From Adineta vaga (lineage: Eukaryota; Animalia; Rotifera): 64,000 nt of DNA. The stretch is taken from NCBI GenBank assembly GCA_021613535.1, contig CP075495.1, positions 6,076,001-6,140,000 on the forward strand, read 5' to 3'. The stretch's first letter is position 1. Each line of letters opens with the position of its first letter. The notes under the pieces are model-generated. The model was not told where the DNA came from. It saw only the letters and a program-made list of their open reading frames with translations, and made no database searches. Positions 25,716 through 40,900 of this stretch are shown one piece after another. The position numbers and the translations under genes are program-made.

Positions 25716-28700
25716 ATGAGCGGATTTAATGCACTTTCCAAACCATTAAAACCTCGATCCGAAGTTGCCGTACATACTATACATCCAACACTCGAAGAAA
25801 AACCTCGTGCAAAATATAGTGTACCAGATTGGTTCAATCACAAGTAATCGAATCTTTGCTATTCGAATTTCTATATTGTACATATTTTCTTGATTAGTTA
25901 TGCTATTTCATATGATGCTGAACGAAGTAGAAATGTCTCGCATCAAGTACGACAAGATGCTCGAAGATTAGCAAATGAAACATATAATGAATCATGGTGG
26001 AATAAACATGATAAGTAAGTGAACGAACAATAGGTGAATGAATAACAACATTCTTTTTTTCTTGTTAGTGATGTACGTATTTCGGATCGTCTTGATGAAA
26101 TTGATCAATGGCGTAAAACACTTGAATATACAATTCAAGATATTGATCGTGAAATTCAAGCTATTCAAACAGCTAAAGAACAATGTGAACGTTATTTAGA
26201 ACATATGCGAAGTCCCTTAGGTAAATAATTTCTTTCTTGAAAAAACAAAAACAAAACTTCAACATTCACAAGCATTTCTGGTTTCTTTTTCCTTTTTTTC
26301 TTTAAAAGACGTTGCATTGGAAAATCATGTTACACGTGATGGACGTAAAGCAATTGATAATGTAGATGATGAAGCTGCACGTGAATTGAAAAAGGTAAGT
26401 TATTCAATAGGATATATTAACATACGATTTCTTAACCAAACGATAAACAAATTTGATTCATTTAATATCATACATTGCTGAATTTTCTCGTCATATTGAA
26501 TATATTCAATTGATTCTTGATTAACAAATAATAGTCGTTGTTTTGTTGAATCACATAATATCCAATCCAATGTTCGTTCATGTCCTGATAAACACGTGAT
26601 ACAACCAATATCATTTAAATCAACATGATAAAATTGATTTTCAAGTAATGAATCATAAACATATAAACAATAATCTTCATGTTGTTTCGATGAATATCGT
26701 CCATAACGTACAACAATACCAATATAATTTTCAAAAGCATGTAAACCATGCATTGTTGCATCATCGAATTCTAAATCAGAAACAAGTTTCAATCCAAATT
26801 GTGATAAACGTGCAAGAACAGCTGATGTCTTTGTTGATGTATATGTAAAATAACCATGATAGATTGATGATAAATTACATGTAAGAAAACGAATTTGATG
26901 ATTATGATCGAGATTAAATGGACAACCTTGTAAACGTTGTTCATGAATAAGTTTACATTTAATTAAATTATAAATATATAAATCTGTTGTTGATGCAATA
27001 AGTAATTCGTCTTTTGATTGATTATAACATACAGCAATGTAATTAATCGTTGTTGATTGTAAACATAATTTCTTTTCCCATAAACCTGTTTGAATATTAT
27101 AAATATCAACATGTGTAGATGTAGCTAGAAGAAATTTATTTGTTTCAAATTTACTAATTGGTTGACAATGATATGGAAAATTGAGAAGATTAATGACTTT
27201 TTGAGGATTATTTTGCCATGATGTTAAATTTAATAAACTTGAACTTCGATTTGTGTTGTTTTGTTTTATTGGTACTGAAAGATCAAATGTAATTGTTGTA
27301 CTTGGTAATGAACTTGTACGACGACGACCACGATAAAGAAATGTATAATCTGGTTCAATATTACAACAAGTGATATAATGTGCTCGCTTTGTTCCATCAG
27401 TTTTATCGCCTTCATCATCACTCAATGCTAATTCAACATGATAAACAGATGATGATGATGTTGTTGATAATTTTTGTTTCGTTTGATCAAGAAATTCAAA
27501 TGTAGTTGAAGAAATTCGTGCATGATGTTTTTCCTCATTATCATTGAATAATAATATTGTTGTTGCACGATGAATAGGTGGTAAAATCGTAGTATCTTCA
27601 ATGAATTCATCGCATTCAAATATATCACATTGATGTAAATATGTAGCATAAGATAAACGTTCCCGAGTATCGAATTGTACACTTTTTCGTACGACATTTT
27701 TTGCTTCATTCAAAGCTGATTTAATTCTTCCATTGATCGATGAAGATTTTAAAAGAAGAAGTTCACGTCTTCGACTTTCAGGAGTCGAACTATGCGTTCG
27801 AATACGTGGCATAAATCAAACCTCAAAAATAGCCGAATAAAAAGAAGAAAAAAGTTAACTATGTCGAGCAGAGAATAATAACATTCTTTTTATTACGTGC
27901 GTAGGAAGTCTACGTGATCGATGGTGTCAAACGACAACTTCATCAACAAGTTCAGACATCTTTCGATCAAATAGCACGACTTACCGAAGCAAAACAACAA
28001 TTAATTCGAGTAAATTTCAACTAAGAAATAGTTCATTTCATTCTAAAAAAAAGTTGCAATTTATCGTTTAGGATTTACAAGATAAACAAACAGCTTTTGC
28101 GATTTGTGAAGAAAATTTACAATTAAATGAATTCTCACCAAATATTAGTTATAAACCTGATCCATGCCGACCAATAAAAGGACAAATTACACCTGAAGAA
28201 TGGTTGGCATTTACAAAATATAATAAAGATCGAGCAGAAAAAGAAAGTATGTAATTAGAAAAACAGCAAACAAATAAAACTTGACTCTCTCTCAGTGTAT
28301 GAATCAACACGTCTTCGTGAAAATATATTTCATACCATGGGTCAATCAGCAGCTGATCTTGAATCACAACAAAAAGCAAGTGAATATGCATTACGAAAAC
28401 GTCTTCATGAACTTGAACGAGCACTTAACGAACTTGAATGGCAAAAGAAACAAGTATAATCTTTATAATTCATTCAGTTCTATTCTATATTATTTGAATA
28501 TTATTTAGACTCAAGAGGAAATTCTTAGTAATGAAAGTGATATTGAACGTTTAGAAAAAGCCATTCGAGGTATGGATCAAATATTTCAATCAATTGATTT
28601 ATGGTTGATAATGTTATTTTAGATAAAGAACCATTAATTAAATTAGCAATGACTCGTCAAGAAAATCGTCATAGTCGACCTGGTATGGATTTAGTTCGTG

Positions 28701-29099
28701 ATGAAGTTTCATATGGAGTATGTTCATAAATATATTCGAATTTCTTCTTCAGAATAATCTCTTTAGTTATGTAATGAAATTCAACAATTAAAAGCAGAAA
28801 AACGTGCCTTAGAAGATCAATTAAAACAAGCGAAGTAATTTGAAACAAAAAAAAAACGAAAGTTGTTTTCTCAAATTATTCTTTCTAGACATGCATGGAA
28901 TATTCTTCAACAAAATTTACATCGTATTGAAGATGAAATTGCTGTAAAATCGAATTCAATTATGTTAGAAAAACGTGCTTTAGAAACTCGTCGTCGTTTA
29001 AATACAGAGATAACACCGATGACAGAAGTTGATCGTAATCGACAATTATTCAATATGGATTCAAGTGGTATTCGGCCAGTTCTTCAATCTATTTATTAA
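25716..29099 (+). CDS. TEKT2: Tektin-2 / tektin B1-like ciliary filament protein, multi-exon
   Basis: KYSVPDWFNHN...SHQVRQDARRLANET...RISDRLDEIDQWRKTL resembles the TEKT2 N-terminus; tektin loop RPGMDLVRD; C-terminal IEDEIAVKSNSIMLE. Confidence 0.88.
26400..27812 (-). CDS. Intronless 470-aa hypothetical protein nested antisense inside a tektin intron
   Basis: Uninterrupted 1413-nt ATG-initiated ORF in AT-rich DNA, lying wholly within intron 26395-27904. C-terminal half is beta-strand rich (propeller-like by inference). Confidence 0.75.
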   Translation of the reverse strand: MPRIRTHSSTPESRRRELLLLKSSSINGRIKSALNEAKNVVRKSVQFDTRERLSYATYLHQCDIFECDEFIEDTTILPPIHRATTILLFNDNEEKHHARISSTTFEFLDQTKQKLSTTSSSSVYHVELALSDDEGDKTDGTKRAHYITCCNIEPDYTFLYRGRRRTSSLPSTTITFDLSVPIKQNNTNRSSSLLNLTSWQNNPQKVINLLNFPYHCQPISKFETNKFLLATSTHVDIYNIQTGLWEKKLCLQSTTINYIAVCYNQSKDELLIASTTDLYIYNLIKCKLIHEQRLQGCPFNLDHNHQIRFLTCNLSSIYHGYFTYTSTKTSAVLARLSQFGLKLVSDLEFDDATMHGLHAFENYIGIVVRYGRYSSKQHEDYCLYVYDSLLENQFYHVDLNDIGCITCLSGHERTLDWILCDSTKQRLLFVNQESIEYIQYDEKIQQCMILNESNLFIVWLRNRMLIYPIE

Positions 29100-29265
29100 C
29101 AAAAAATCAATAACAACTGATAATTAATCCAAGACATATATATTTTTTTCTTTCTCTTTGATTCCATTTCGGTGTGTGTACGCGTGCTCTACCATTTACT
29201 TTATATATGTCAAACGATGAATAAAAGTTCTACGAGATAAAAACAAATATTCTAATGTTTTTTTT

Positions 29266-31330
29266 TCATTTGAGATGGTTTAAATGTTGTTTCATTGAAT
29301 TGATGAATATGAAAATGAATTAGACTTGAAATGAAATAAAGACATGAACAGGCACTGATAAGAACAGTCCATAAATCAGGATAACGTGATGGTGGTTTCA
29401 CATAAACAGCAGCAAAGAGTAAAGAAAGTGCTACTGTTATACATAAAATCGACTAAAGAAAGAAACGCTTGTTGAATGATTGGAAATGTTGAAGGATTTA
29501 GAAAACATACAAGAAATAATTGTAGTAATGAGATATGATTAAGATGAATGTATAATCGTTGAAAAGCAAGAATTGAAAAACAAATGAAGGTTAACCAAAA
29601 GATAAACACTAGATTATCTTTGAGCATAAGTGGAAAAACACTAAACAAAGAATAAAAATGATTTGTTTGATGTTGAATCTCTTACCTAATCATAGCAAAT
29701 TGAAGAAAACCGAAACATTCCACTGGATATGTTGCTGATAATAATATCACCGGTCTAAAGAAAAGATATTCATTCTTTTTTTCGATTTCGGATAATCATT
29801 CAAAACAATACATACAAACATGGAAGTAAAATTGTTTTTTCATGGACTTGAAAGGAAAATAAGTAAAAACAAAGAGAAACATTGAACTAAACGATAAAAG
29901 ATAGGTTTCATTGAGGGTGTTCTTACGAAATTAATACCTACAAGACTTATATAAAAGTTTCGCACAGAAGGTCGTCGAAAAAGCATGAAACACGATGGTA
30001 AAATACTCAATGATGTTGTTATCAAACTACGCAATACAACTATAAATCATATCGCTGAACAAATTATTCTTACCATAGCTTTGCTAATGTTCCATGATCA
30101 AATTTCAATCGAAGTTTAATAATTAAATTCAATGTACACCAAAAATTAGCCACTTTATCCTATAAATACTAATCAATAAGAAGATTCTTATCCTGAAAAG
30201 ATTTACTTCATATAAACCACGACCAAATGGAAAAAGTCGTTTAATCACAGCTAATGGATCGTGTTTTAATACTGGAATCCAAATGATAAAAAATGTACCA
30301 ATAACCACCAATCCCAATGAAATGAATACTTTCCATCTAAATCAAAAGAGCCGTTTCAGATTTATATCTCATTAAAGAATTGTTTCTACTTGATTTTTCT
30401 TTGTTCAATACAATATGCTGATAATAGATAGACAAAGATGGGTATAGCATGATAAAGTTCCATTTGTTTATAATTTAATGACAAGGTAAAGAATATCGCC
30501 GAAAGTAAAATGGATTTCTCCTGAGTCGCCATTATAAATGCAATTAATGCAAAACCAAGACTGATAGAATTATATTGGAAATGACCATGATCAATTAGAA
30601 TTAATAAAGGATAGAATAAATTTGTTAATAGAACAGTCAACTAGATTAAATATATTCGAATTAAAAGAAGAGAAATAAGAATAAAAATATAAACCCTTTT
30701 AGTTGGAACATTTTTATTTAGTAAATCATTTCGATAAGCATAGAAAACAGCTGGATAATAAATGAGAAGATCAGCAATAAAGACTAAGAATATCATATTC
30801 ATCAAATTATAATCTTTGAAAGAAAGTTTCTTGTAACTCACCTGTATAACGCATGAAGAGTTTGTGTGCATCACTTTCATGACCATGTGATTTTTTCAAA
30901 GCACACCACGTCGGATTGATTTTATTCGATCTATAAAATACGCAATCGACGTATAAATTTTTTTAAAAAACAAAACCGCCTACATCCAACCGCAAATATA
31001 TGAATGATATGCAGTTAATAATGGATAATCCAAACCCCAATATGTCAAATTATTTGAAGATGTATTTTGATACCTAAAGTGCGAATTAATTACGGTCAAG
31101 GTTGACTTTGTTTTCTCTTACCATTCCTTAACTGGTAGATTAACAGTAATTTCCATCCAATGACGTTGTGCTTCAAAATCACCAAACATGGGTTGTTTAT
31201 TGTAACCTTACAAAGAAATAATAGGAGAAATCTGAAAAGATTTCAATGTACCTGAGTAAGGATATCGAGCAACAATCCATCGCATTGCAATAGCCGATGA
31301 AAGTAATCCAAGAAAAAGAAGGTAGTCCAT
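29266..31330 (-). CDS. ALG6: Dol-P-Glc:Man9GlcNAc2-PP-Dol alpha-1,3-glucosyltransferase
   Basis: [76 protein letters not shown]. Confidence 0.93.
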
Positions 31331-31492
31331 TCTAGAACAAAAATGATTTATCTATTCTTTATGTTCAGTTCAATTTTAAACAGTATCATTATATTATATC
31401 TGACTCTCTCTATTTATATATTATCTAATTGTGTACATGAACGTATAGACAGAAAAGTTTTTTTTATAAAATATCTGAAAAATATGTTTCAC

Positions 31493-34400
31493 TCATTCTT
31501 CTTCTTCTTCCTCCTCTTCTTCCTCATCTTCTTCATCTTGATCTGGTTGTACATCATTTGAATCGTCGTCCATTGTCGAAGAAGTATCATCTAAAAAATA
31601 ACCCAATTAAGAAACTTCTTTTCAATAATCTTCCTCAATTTCATACTTTCATTTTCTTCTTGCTGTTGTCGATATGTTACATCACTTAATTCATTTCCTT
31701 TCAAATCTTTGGCTTTCAATTGACCAATACAGAAGACATTTGCTGGACAATTATTTACATCAACCATGACTTTAGCTCGACACATAAGCATTTCTAATGT
31801 CCGTTTCAATGCTGGTACTAATCGTATACATGACATGTGTTTTTGATCTTTTTTAACCATATTACAAAGTGATTGTAACAGTCGAGTCGATTTTTGTAAT
31901 ACAGTCAATAATTGTTTTGTTCCATGTGTATCATGAAGAAAATAAAGATCTAGTGTTGGCATTGCACGAGCTCGAAAAACATCAATATATTGTTTTGAAC
32001 ATCGAAGAACAGTTGAAATAACCTAAAGGAAGAAATCAAGATTCATCATTTGACGTTGTTCCTTTGATATTTACCGTAGCATTTTTTGCATAGATTTGAT
32101 CAATAGTTACAAATGATACAAATTTTCGAAATAATTCATTAAGTTCTAACCATTCTGCACAGATATTTTCGAGTTCAGTTTTTTTCTTGGATTCATTTGG
32201 TAATTTAATTGATCGTGCTTTAATAATAAAATGTTTAAAAAGACAACGAAAATAGATAAGAAATGTTGATTTCATATTCCATGTAGATAGATCAACAATC
32301 GCATTATCTGATGTATCATCATCTGTATTATCATTGCCATCTCGATCAGCTCGTGTAAAAATTTTCAATGAATAATCAATCATACCAACAATGACATTCG
32401 TAATTTCATCCGATTCCAGATGAAGTAAATAGAGATTAAGAAGTGTTTCAACAGCTCGTATAGATGAAATTTTTGAAAATGAAATAACCGTACTTGATGA
32501 AGTATCAAGACTACATTCTTCTAAAAATTGACGACATTTAATTGTAAATATTTTGTAGAGTTCATCCTAAAAATATACAAAATATGATGTAGATATTGTC
32601 TAAAATAGACATTCCATTCGATTTACTTGATGTGTTTCTTCATCAAATAAATGAATGAATAATTCTAAAGATTGACAAAGACGAGTTGAATCAATTAAAT
32701 TCAAAATATCAGCGAATGAAAAGATCTTTTTCAAAATTCGAGCTCTTTCGTTATCTTGTTCATCTTTTCCTGTTGTTGTTGTTGTTGTTGTCGTAGTCGT
32801 TTTCTTCATTGGTAAAATATGTTTTCCAATCAATGACAATAAATAACTTAAACATGTTGTATCTTTATCTAAATCTTTTTGCCAATTATTTTGTTTAACT
32901 TTGAATAAACTTAAGAGAAAATAAAAACTATCAAGTACATAATAAAATGTTCGACTAGCTAAATCACGACTTTGATCACGATCAATCATACAATTCATAT
33001 CATCATCATCATCTGTATCCATCACTTGATTTGTTGTATCATTCGAATTTGTTGCACCCATAAATATATGAACATATTTCATTGTATGTAGAACTTGTAA
33101 GAAAAACATTTCAAATAATTCGAATGTCATAAAATCAAGTTTATCATCGTTATTTTCGTCGAAATCTTCATTATGTTCATCTTGATCAACACGAATATGT
33201 TGAGTTTGCAATGTTGTAGGTGCTGTATGAGTATCAAATCGTTTTTTAATTACACCAATCGATGAAATAGATGAATTATTATTTGTTAATAAACGATGAA
33301 GATCACCCATTAATGTTGAAACACAACGAAGGATAGTTAAACGTTGTTTACCATTACTTTTTGCTAATTGTTCGAGATATTTTGTGATATAAGGAAATGT
33401 TACATATTCCAAAGGACGTATATCAAATTCATACATATCAAATGTTAATGGTTGTTTTGATTTAGCTTCTAAATAATAATAAGATGAAGAATCAATTTTC
33501 CGTCTGATATGTTGATTTGTACTGTTCGAATAACATACAGATCACTGGAAACTATCACATAAGTGTACTTACTTGATTTAGTTTTAGGTTTTGGTACAGT
33601 TGCTGTTGCTGTTGTTCGAGATTGAGATCGTTTCTTATTCGTATTTTCTTCATCTTCGCTTTTACTTTCTTCATCATCTTCATCTTCTGTTATCGGAATT
33701 GCTCGTCTAAAGAATACTTTCATACATAGATTTCCAAAGATAATAGAAAAACTATTTACTTTGTTCCTTGTTGTTTTTTTGCTTTTGGTTTACTTATTGT
33801 TGATTTTTTTGTCATTTTTTTAACTTTATTCATTTCAATATTTGAACAAATTGGTTCATAAAATCCATATTGTTGTCGACACATTTGTACACAGATAGAA
33901 AAATGTTCTTCTATATCTGTTAATTGTTCCAGTCTTGTTGATATTAATGATTCATTTTGATTCATTGTCGATGATAACAAATTACATATTTCACGAAATA
34001 ATCGACTAGCATAATAATAAACATCGCACATGATATTCAGAGATAAATTTGATAAATCTTTTAATTTATCACGATAATATTCTAACGATTTTGGTGAATC
34101 AATATCAATTTCATTCGATGGTAAGATATCTGGTATACGTAATGAACATTGAAGAACAGCATCAACTTGATCAATATTTGACCATGATGCTAATACAATT
34201 AGACGAAGCATTGGTGCTAATAATATCGGTGATGAACTTGTATCACTCATAGTTCGATATTGATGATATTTTGAAATGATATTTGCAAGATTAAGAACAG
34301 CTGCATTCGTTGTCTGTCCATTGAAATTATAAACAATACGAGTATATTGAGGAAAACGATTGTTATCAAGTGAATTCGTTGTCATAGACATATCACTATC

Positions 34401-36965
34401 GTTGAGAAATGCTTCTTGAAACATGTCGGCTGCTGAAATTGCAAACCAATTAAGAGATTGTGTATCAATTTGCATGGATGATGCTGTAAATTGTTGTTGT
34501 TGTAATTGTTTGACATTGGCTGAACCAAGTATATTAGCTAATTCGTCATAAAAAAGTGCTAATGTTTGTGGACATTGCATACCAGATGATTGAACAAGAC
34601 CGAGAAGATCTTTTAATTCATTTTCATGATTCGATAGTTTTCCATCAAGACGATTATTACCTAAATATTTTCATTCATTCGTTAGATATGACTTCAATTT
34701 CCCTGTTTTGAATGATGTCAACAATGACTTACCATTCATTGATGTTTGTGCTAAATCGGCTACATGTCTCAACAATAATGAACGAAAGATTTCAATTGCA
34801 CCAAAAACACCGCGTGCTTTTTCTTTATGTGGTTGAATTAAACATTTTGTTACAAACATATTTAAATCATTATAAACACCTGTATTATACATTGAAGCAA
34901 GAATTGAAAATACTAAACGAAGATGATCCCCCTAGAACAAACAGAAAGAAAAATAAATCAACAATCGAGCTAATGAACAATCTACATACACGAAATACAT
35001 CGATATATTCGAAAAGATTCTTCAAATATGATTCACATGTTAACATTTTGATTTTATATCGATAACAGAAACGTTTTAATAATTTTAATATTTGTAAACG
35101 TTGAATATATCGATGTTGAAAGATAATAGCCATACGAACTAATGCACTAACAATTTGTTCATGAAAATCTGGTATAGATTTAATATCTTGACTAATGGAA
35201 AAGAGTAAATCCACAAGCATAACAGCTAATTGAAGACCAATTTGTAAATGAAGAAGATTTGTTGATGATAATGAATTATTTGTTGTTGTTATCGTTGGAA
35301 AATTACCAAACGATAATTGTTGAAAGATAGCGACAGCAAAACGAAATATTTCTTGAGCATATTTCATAACAAAGGATAGATTGGATGTTAAATATGTATA
35401 AATCGAACGAATAATTGAAGAATCTTCACCAAGTTTTTTGATTAATGTTTTTAAATTTGTATAATAGGAACGATTCGCCAGAAGAATACCAATAAAAAAA
35501 TCAAATAAAAAATAACTATTGATTTTTAAACATAGATCAGCAGTAATCGGATGTTTTTCTTGACAAGTTCGAAAAAGAATACGTGATGAATGAAAATAAT
35601 GTCGAAATCGTTCGAAAAGATTTTCAACAGGTTGAAAATTATCGGTTGTAGAACATGTTGAATGATCCGATCTAAAGAAAAAAATTGACAATTCTCCTTT
35701 TGATAATATCAAAGAAGAAAATAGTCATTTCTTACCGTCTACCGGATACAGTTGCAACATCTCGAAATAATAGAATTGTTTCAAACATATTAATCTTTGT
35801 TGATGTTTCAAATAGATAATTGAAACATTCAACTTTAACATCTACAACACTCGTCATAATCATTGGAATGATTTTTTCACGTATACGACGATCCGTTGAT
35901 TCACTTAGTTGTATTGTTGTTAATGTCGATAGAACTTGTTTGATTATTTCGACATTTGTTGAATCAAGTTTTTCTTCTAATTTTGTTACGATATCATTTT
36001 GTAAATAATCATCACAGAAAATATCTGTAACAAGCGAAATCATTTGACAACGTACATCATTATTCATCACTAAATCAATTACATCCAAATAGAAATCTAA
36101 TAAGTCTTTTGCATTCGTTGATTTTCCAATTGGAAGATAATGAAATGTTTGTAATATAAGACGTATCATTGATAATGGTAAATTTTGTACGATAACACGA
36201 TCACCACCTTTATTATCGAAACGAACAAGACGTTTAAGTAAATATTTAGCAAGAAACATTTGTAATTCATCAACACATAATAATATACGCATAAGACTAT
36301 CTTGTTGTTGAGAACGAAGAGGTGAAACATCATCTGTACTTGATGTTGGAAGTAACGATGAACGAAATATGGAATCATTTGAGAAGAATGAAACTAATTC
36401 ATTTTCAAATTGTTTTATAGATATGGATGGTAATGTTGTCGTATTATGATTTGTACTTGATGATGCACGTAAACGTTGAGATAAACGTTTGGCTAATATT
36501 CCTTGATCGACTTTAAGTTCAAGCTATAGAAGAAGAAAAGAATCATATTTCGATTGAATATTTCATGTAGATCATTTCCTCATTTTGCCATTGAGAGAAT
36601 AGTATTGCTTAGACTAAACCAATGGTAAAAATAGCGTGTGTATGTTGTCTATACAATTGTTTCTACACTCCATACATGAAGAAGATCAGCAACTCATTTA
36701 ACTAAGTATCTTTATTTGCTTCACTCACAGTTAATTCATCATTGTTATTCATATTTTCTTCATCAGCCATTTTTATTTCAAGTCCACATTCATCAAGTAT
36801 TCGTGTTATAAACATATTCGTTTCTTGTGCACTTCGTTGTGATTGTTTTGGTGGTGTGGAACTATATTCTTGAATTCTTCCAAGTGATTGTGTCGATTGT
36901 TGCATTGCAACTTGTTGAGTTGCACGCATTTCATGTTGACGTAATAGACCTGTTGGACGATTCAT
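31493..36965 (-). CDS. FANCD2: Fanconi anemia group D2 protein, multi-exon
   Basis: SLMRILL..LQ; DLNMFVTKCL...GVFGA (region of the monoubiquitinated Lys); QCPQTLALFYDELAN; VPALKRTLEMLMCRAKVM...NC...GQLKAKDLKG; acidic C-terminal tail. Confidence 0.87.
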
Positions 36966-37968
36966 TTCTGTAAAATTCAATCTAAATGTTCTATTGAGGA
37001 AGTCATTTCAAACAAAAGTTAGGTTTTTTCTTTCAATTATTATTATCAAGCAAAAATAAAAGAAAGGTTTTCTTCTCTTCTATGGCCTTTTTTTCATCAA
37101 GAATACAATCAAAAAGAATATCTATTAACGAATAACTAACCCATTAAAATAAAAAAATCACACATTTTTCTGCTCTATTTCATCTAACATACACACACAC
37201 ACAAGTACAAAAAAATTGATTATGTAAAGAACAAGCAAATAAATATCGAAATCGAACCGTATTATATTCATTAAAAGATATGCTAACTGAGCAAAATCAT
37301 GACTAGAATAGAAGGCAGCTGACTAGATCATTCAGCTCGATTGATGACGAACTAGAAATAGAGAAACATTTCGGAGTTTTTTTTCTCAAACCAATTCAAA
37401 TAAAAGTCTTACTTCATTCTGTATATCCATTTGAAATAGATGATTTTGAAGAAAACACCAAGAGATTCATAGGAAGAAGAAAAGAAAAACAAATGATCAC
37501 AATTGATTATATATGAGTAAAAGATATATCGATTGAAGCAATAAAAGGATTTGAATAAGTTTTTATTTTGTTTTCATTCTTGAAAAGTGACCTAGTCACT
37601 GTTTTGCTTGATTATATGAGGTAAATTAATGATTGAAACAAAACAAAGAAAAGAGAATCAAACATTTTTTTGGAAGAGCAATTGAGAAACATCAAATAAT
37701 AAACGAATGCATTACTGTTGTCATTGCACAAAAGAGGCAAATCACAAGATTGTATGATAATTTACATTTGGCAATATCCTAAAATATATTGAAATATCCG
37801 TTAGATAGTTGTTAAGTAATTTAAGCGAATAGAAAAAATTCTCAATATAAGTTGCGCAAAATTATAAGTTTTCAAGAGTAGGATTGTCTTACATGAAATC
37901 TTGTGATCAGATTTTTTAAATAGCATACATTGAAAATCAATTTGCTAATTCTAAATAGTTGTCAATAA

Positions 37969-40900
37969 TTATGTTGTAGTATTATTAGGAGAAGAGGAAC
38001 ATAGAGAAGGCATTGTATCAGATGTTAGTTTTGCAGCGGTTAAAATCATCTCAGTTCCACCTTCAAATGATGTATTATTCGTATGTAAAAATGTATTATT
38101 TCGACCATCGTCGGTGAGTTGTATATCTTCATCAATATCATATATTTTCGATGATGGTTGTTGTGGAAGTTTTTGTTTATCAAGTACAGGAGAGATCGTT
38201 TGTTTTTGAAAATTGTCTTCTTGATGAACTGTTACATAAGGTTCAGATTGATACGATCTGCTCGCCGGTACAATAGGAAGTTCTTGAAGGTTATTCGTAT
38301 TATCTGATGATTGTATTATTGAAGTTGTTGGTCGTTTTAATACATTTGATATTCGTGTAAGAAAATTATGAGTTGATCGATGTTGACGTTTTGCTGCATC
38401 TTCTAATTGTTTTTGTGCTCGCGTTAGTTTTACTTTTTGATCAATAACTTGTTGTTGAGAAATAAGTTTCTGTCGATTTTCTTTGGAAAAACGATTATGC
38501 CAACGTTCATTAATAGAAGTATCCAATTGTAAGGATGTTGTTTCAATTAATTCATTATTTTCATTTAGATTTTGAAGATCAGAATGACCGATCATTTCTT
38601 CACATGATTTCGACTTTTTCAAATGATCCGAATTTCCAAGTGGTCCACTACGTACAAATGCTGATATGTTTCGTTTTGTACTCAAACGAACATGAGTACT
38701 GGGATGTAAAAATCGATAGTAAAAAAATTGAAATAAAATTGCCAACCAAAATCCACCACAAACAAATGACACAAGTGAATATTTAAATATTAAATTTGTT
38801 TCAGCTGAATGAATTGCATATATGATGGAAAATGCAATATTTTCAATATAATAAATTGTATAAAAAGCAATATAATGCGCTCGAGTATCACCTTTTCGTA
38901 AATTCTAAAAAGGAAAAATATTAAGACGTAATTAGTCTGGATATTTCATAATTAATTTACCATATAACAAAATATAAATATGTAAGAACAAACAAGATTG
39001 TAACATTTTTCGAAAATAGCTTCTCGTGGATTATATTTCGTTTGATCGCTGATACAGAAAATCGTACGCTAAAATGTAGAATAATTAAATTCTTACTTTC
39101 AATCTCTACAAAACTTCAAATAAAACTTACAAAACGAAGAATCCAAAAGAGCATTCCACACCAATGTGCAACAATGATAATCCAAAACCACGAACGAAAT
39201 GTTGCAGCAAACATAGCTAATGCTAAAACTCTTGGTGTTATTAGAAATAAATACCAAATCTAGAAAAAAGAACACCCATATAAAACAATCATTGATCTTG
39301 TCAATTCTTACCCATTGAATAATTGTACTCCACCAAGATACTAATTGTGGTCCAGGTTTACCTTTTGGCCAACCTTGTGGTGAATGTGTTAATTGCATAT
39401 GACGCCAACATCGTGAATAACCACTCAGTGCATATGCTAATGAACCCAATGATGATACAATAGATAAAGATTGTTTTAGAAAAAGATTATCAACTAGAGA
39501 GAAAAAAGTACATAAGATCATTTGACTTTCTGTTGAAATAAATAGATAAATTTACATTTCATTGATGTTGAACCTAATCGTAACATAATATATAATTGCA
39601 ATGTCACTTGTGAGCCTGAATCCATAAAACAATCAAAAACACGTAATAATGCAATATCGGCATCGATTAAGATTTGTTTCGTTAAATAGAAACGTGCCCA
39701 TTTCGGATCATGACGTTTTTGAAAACCTTTCCATGTATAATATAAACCACGAATATATCTAAACAAAATAAAATATTCACTATAGAGTATGGAGCTATAG
39801 AGTTGTTTTCTTTATTCTACGTAATGGATATTAACGAGAAGATAGTATAGGATTACTTAAAACAGTATGACTAGATCAGAAGAAACAACTTTGTCGTAGT
39901 ATGATAACAATTACTGTCAGAAAGAAAGTACGTTATTCGTTAACTGTCGTTCCTCGTATTTACGATAATTCAGAACAAAGTTTCTTACTTTAAACACAAA
40001 TCTAATTGTAGTACAAGTATAATAATACGAATAATCCAGGTTAAAACATTTGCGGAAGCTGCTGAAAATTGAATATGTTTTCTTTTCACTAATTGTTCTT
40101 CAGCATTTTTTTCGGATACTTGTGATCGTTGGTTTGAGTCTGATAACTGTACATTCAATTGATCTTCTCCATTAGTATCATCTTGTTGATTCGCTGAACT
40201 TAACTTTTGATGTAATGGCATTAATTCTGAACCTTTACTATTTCTTCGTTGATCTTTTCCGGAAATATCATAGGATAAATTTGTTTCATATACCGATGTA
40301 TTATATTGTGTTTCATTTTGTTTTTCATCTCGAACTGATTTTAATTGACTACCATCAATATACCAAACAAGAGAAAAAACAGATAAAGTTAGGTTTGGTA
40401 CAATAACACACATAAGAGTTAAAATAAACAGCCAATAGGCACCTTCAGTATAATAAGCTTGAGCTAAAACGAGATCTGTAACCATATCGAAAAAGAATGC
40501 GAATACACCCCAAGCATAAATGAAGACTTCAAAAACATTGATTGTCATTTTGTCAGGTATAAAATCTGCTACTAATGTCGTTGGTGATGGTTGTGAAAAT
40601 AAATGTGGTTGTACATCATCATTATTAGTATTCGCAACAAATTCAGCTGGACATGGTGGAAGCACTGTTTCTAATTCATTCTCTAACGTTGAACGACGTC
40701 TTCGCATATAGGCTTTCTCTTCTTCATTCAATGGGAAATGTATATGTTGCGGTTCATCTTCAGTAATGGGCGATAATTTATTCGATGAAACAGATGAAGA
40801 TGTTGGTGTCGTTCCACCACCTGTATTGGCGGCTAACGGATTATCTTCTTTTGGTGGAATTGGTTCCGGACAATGTGTTGTACCTGTTACAGAAATTATT

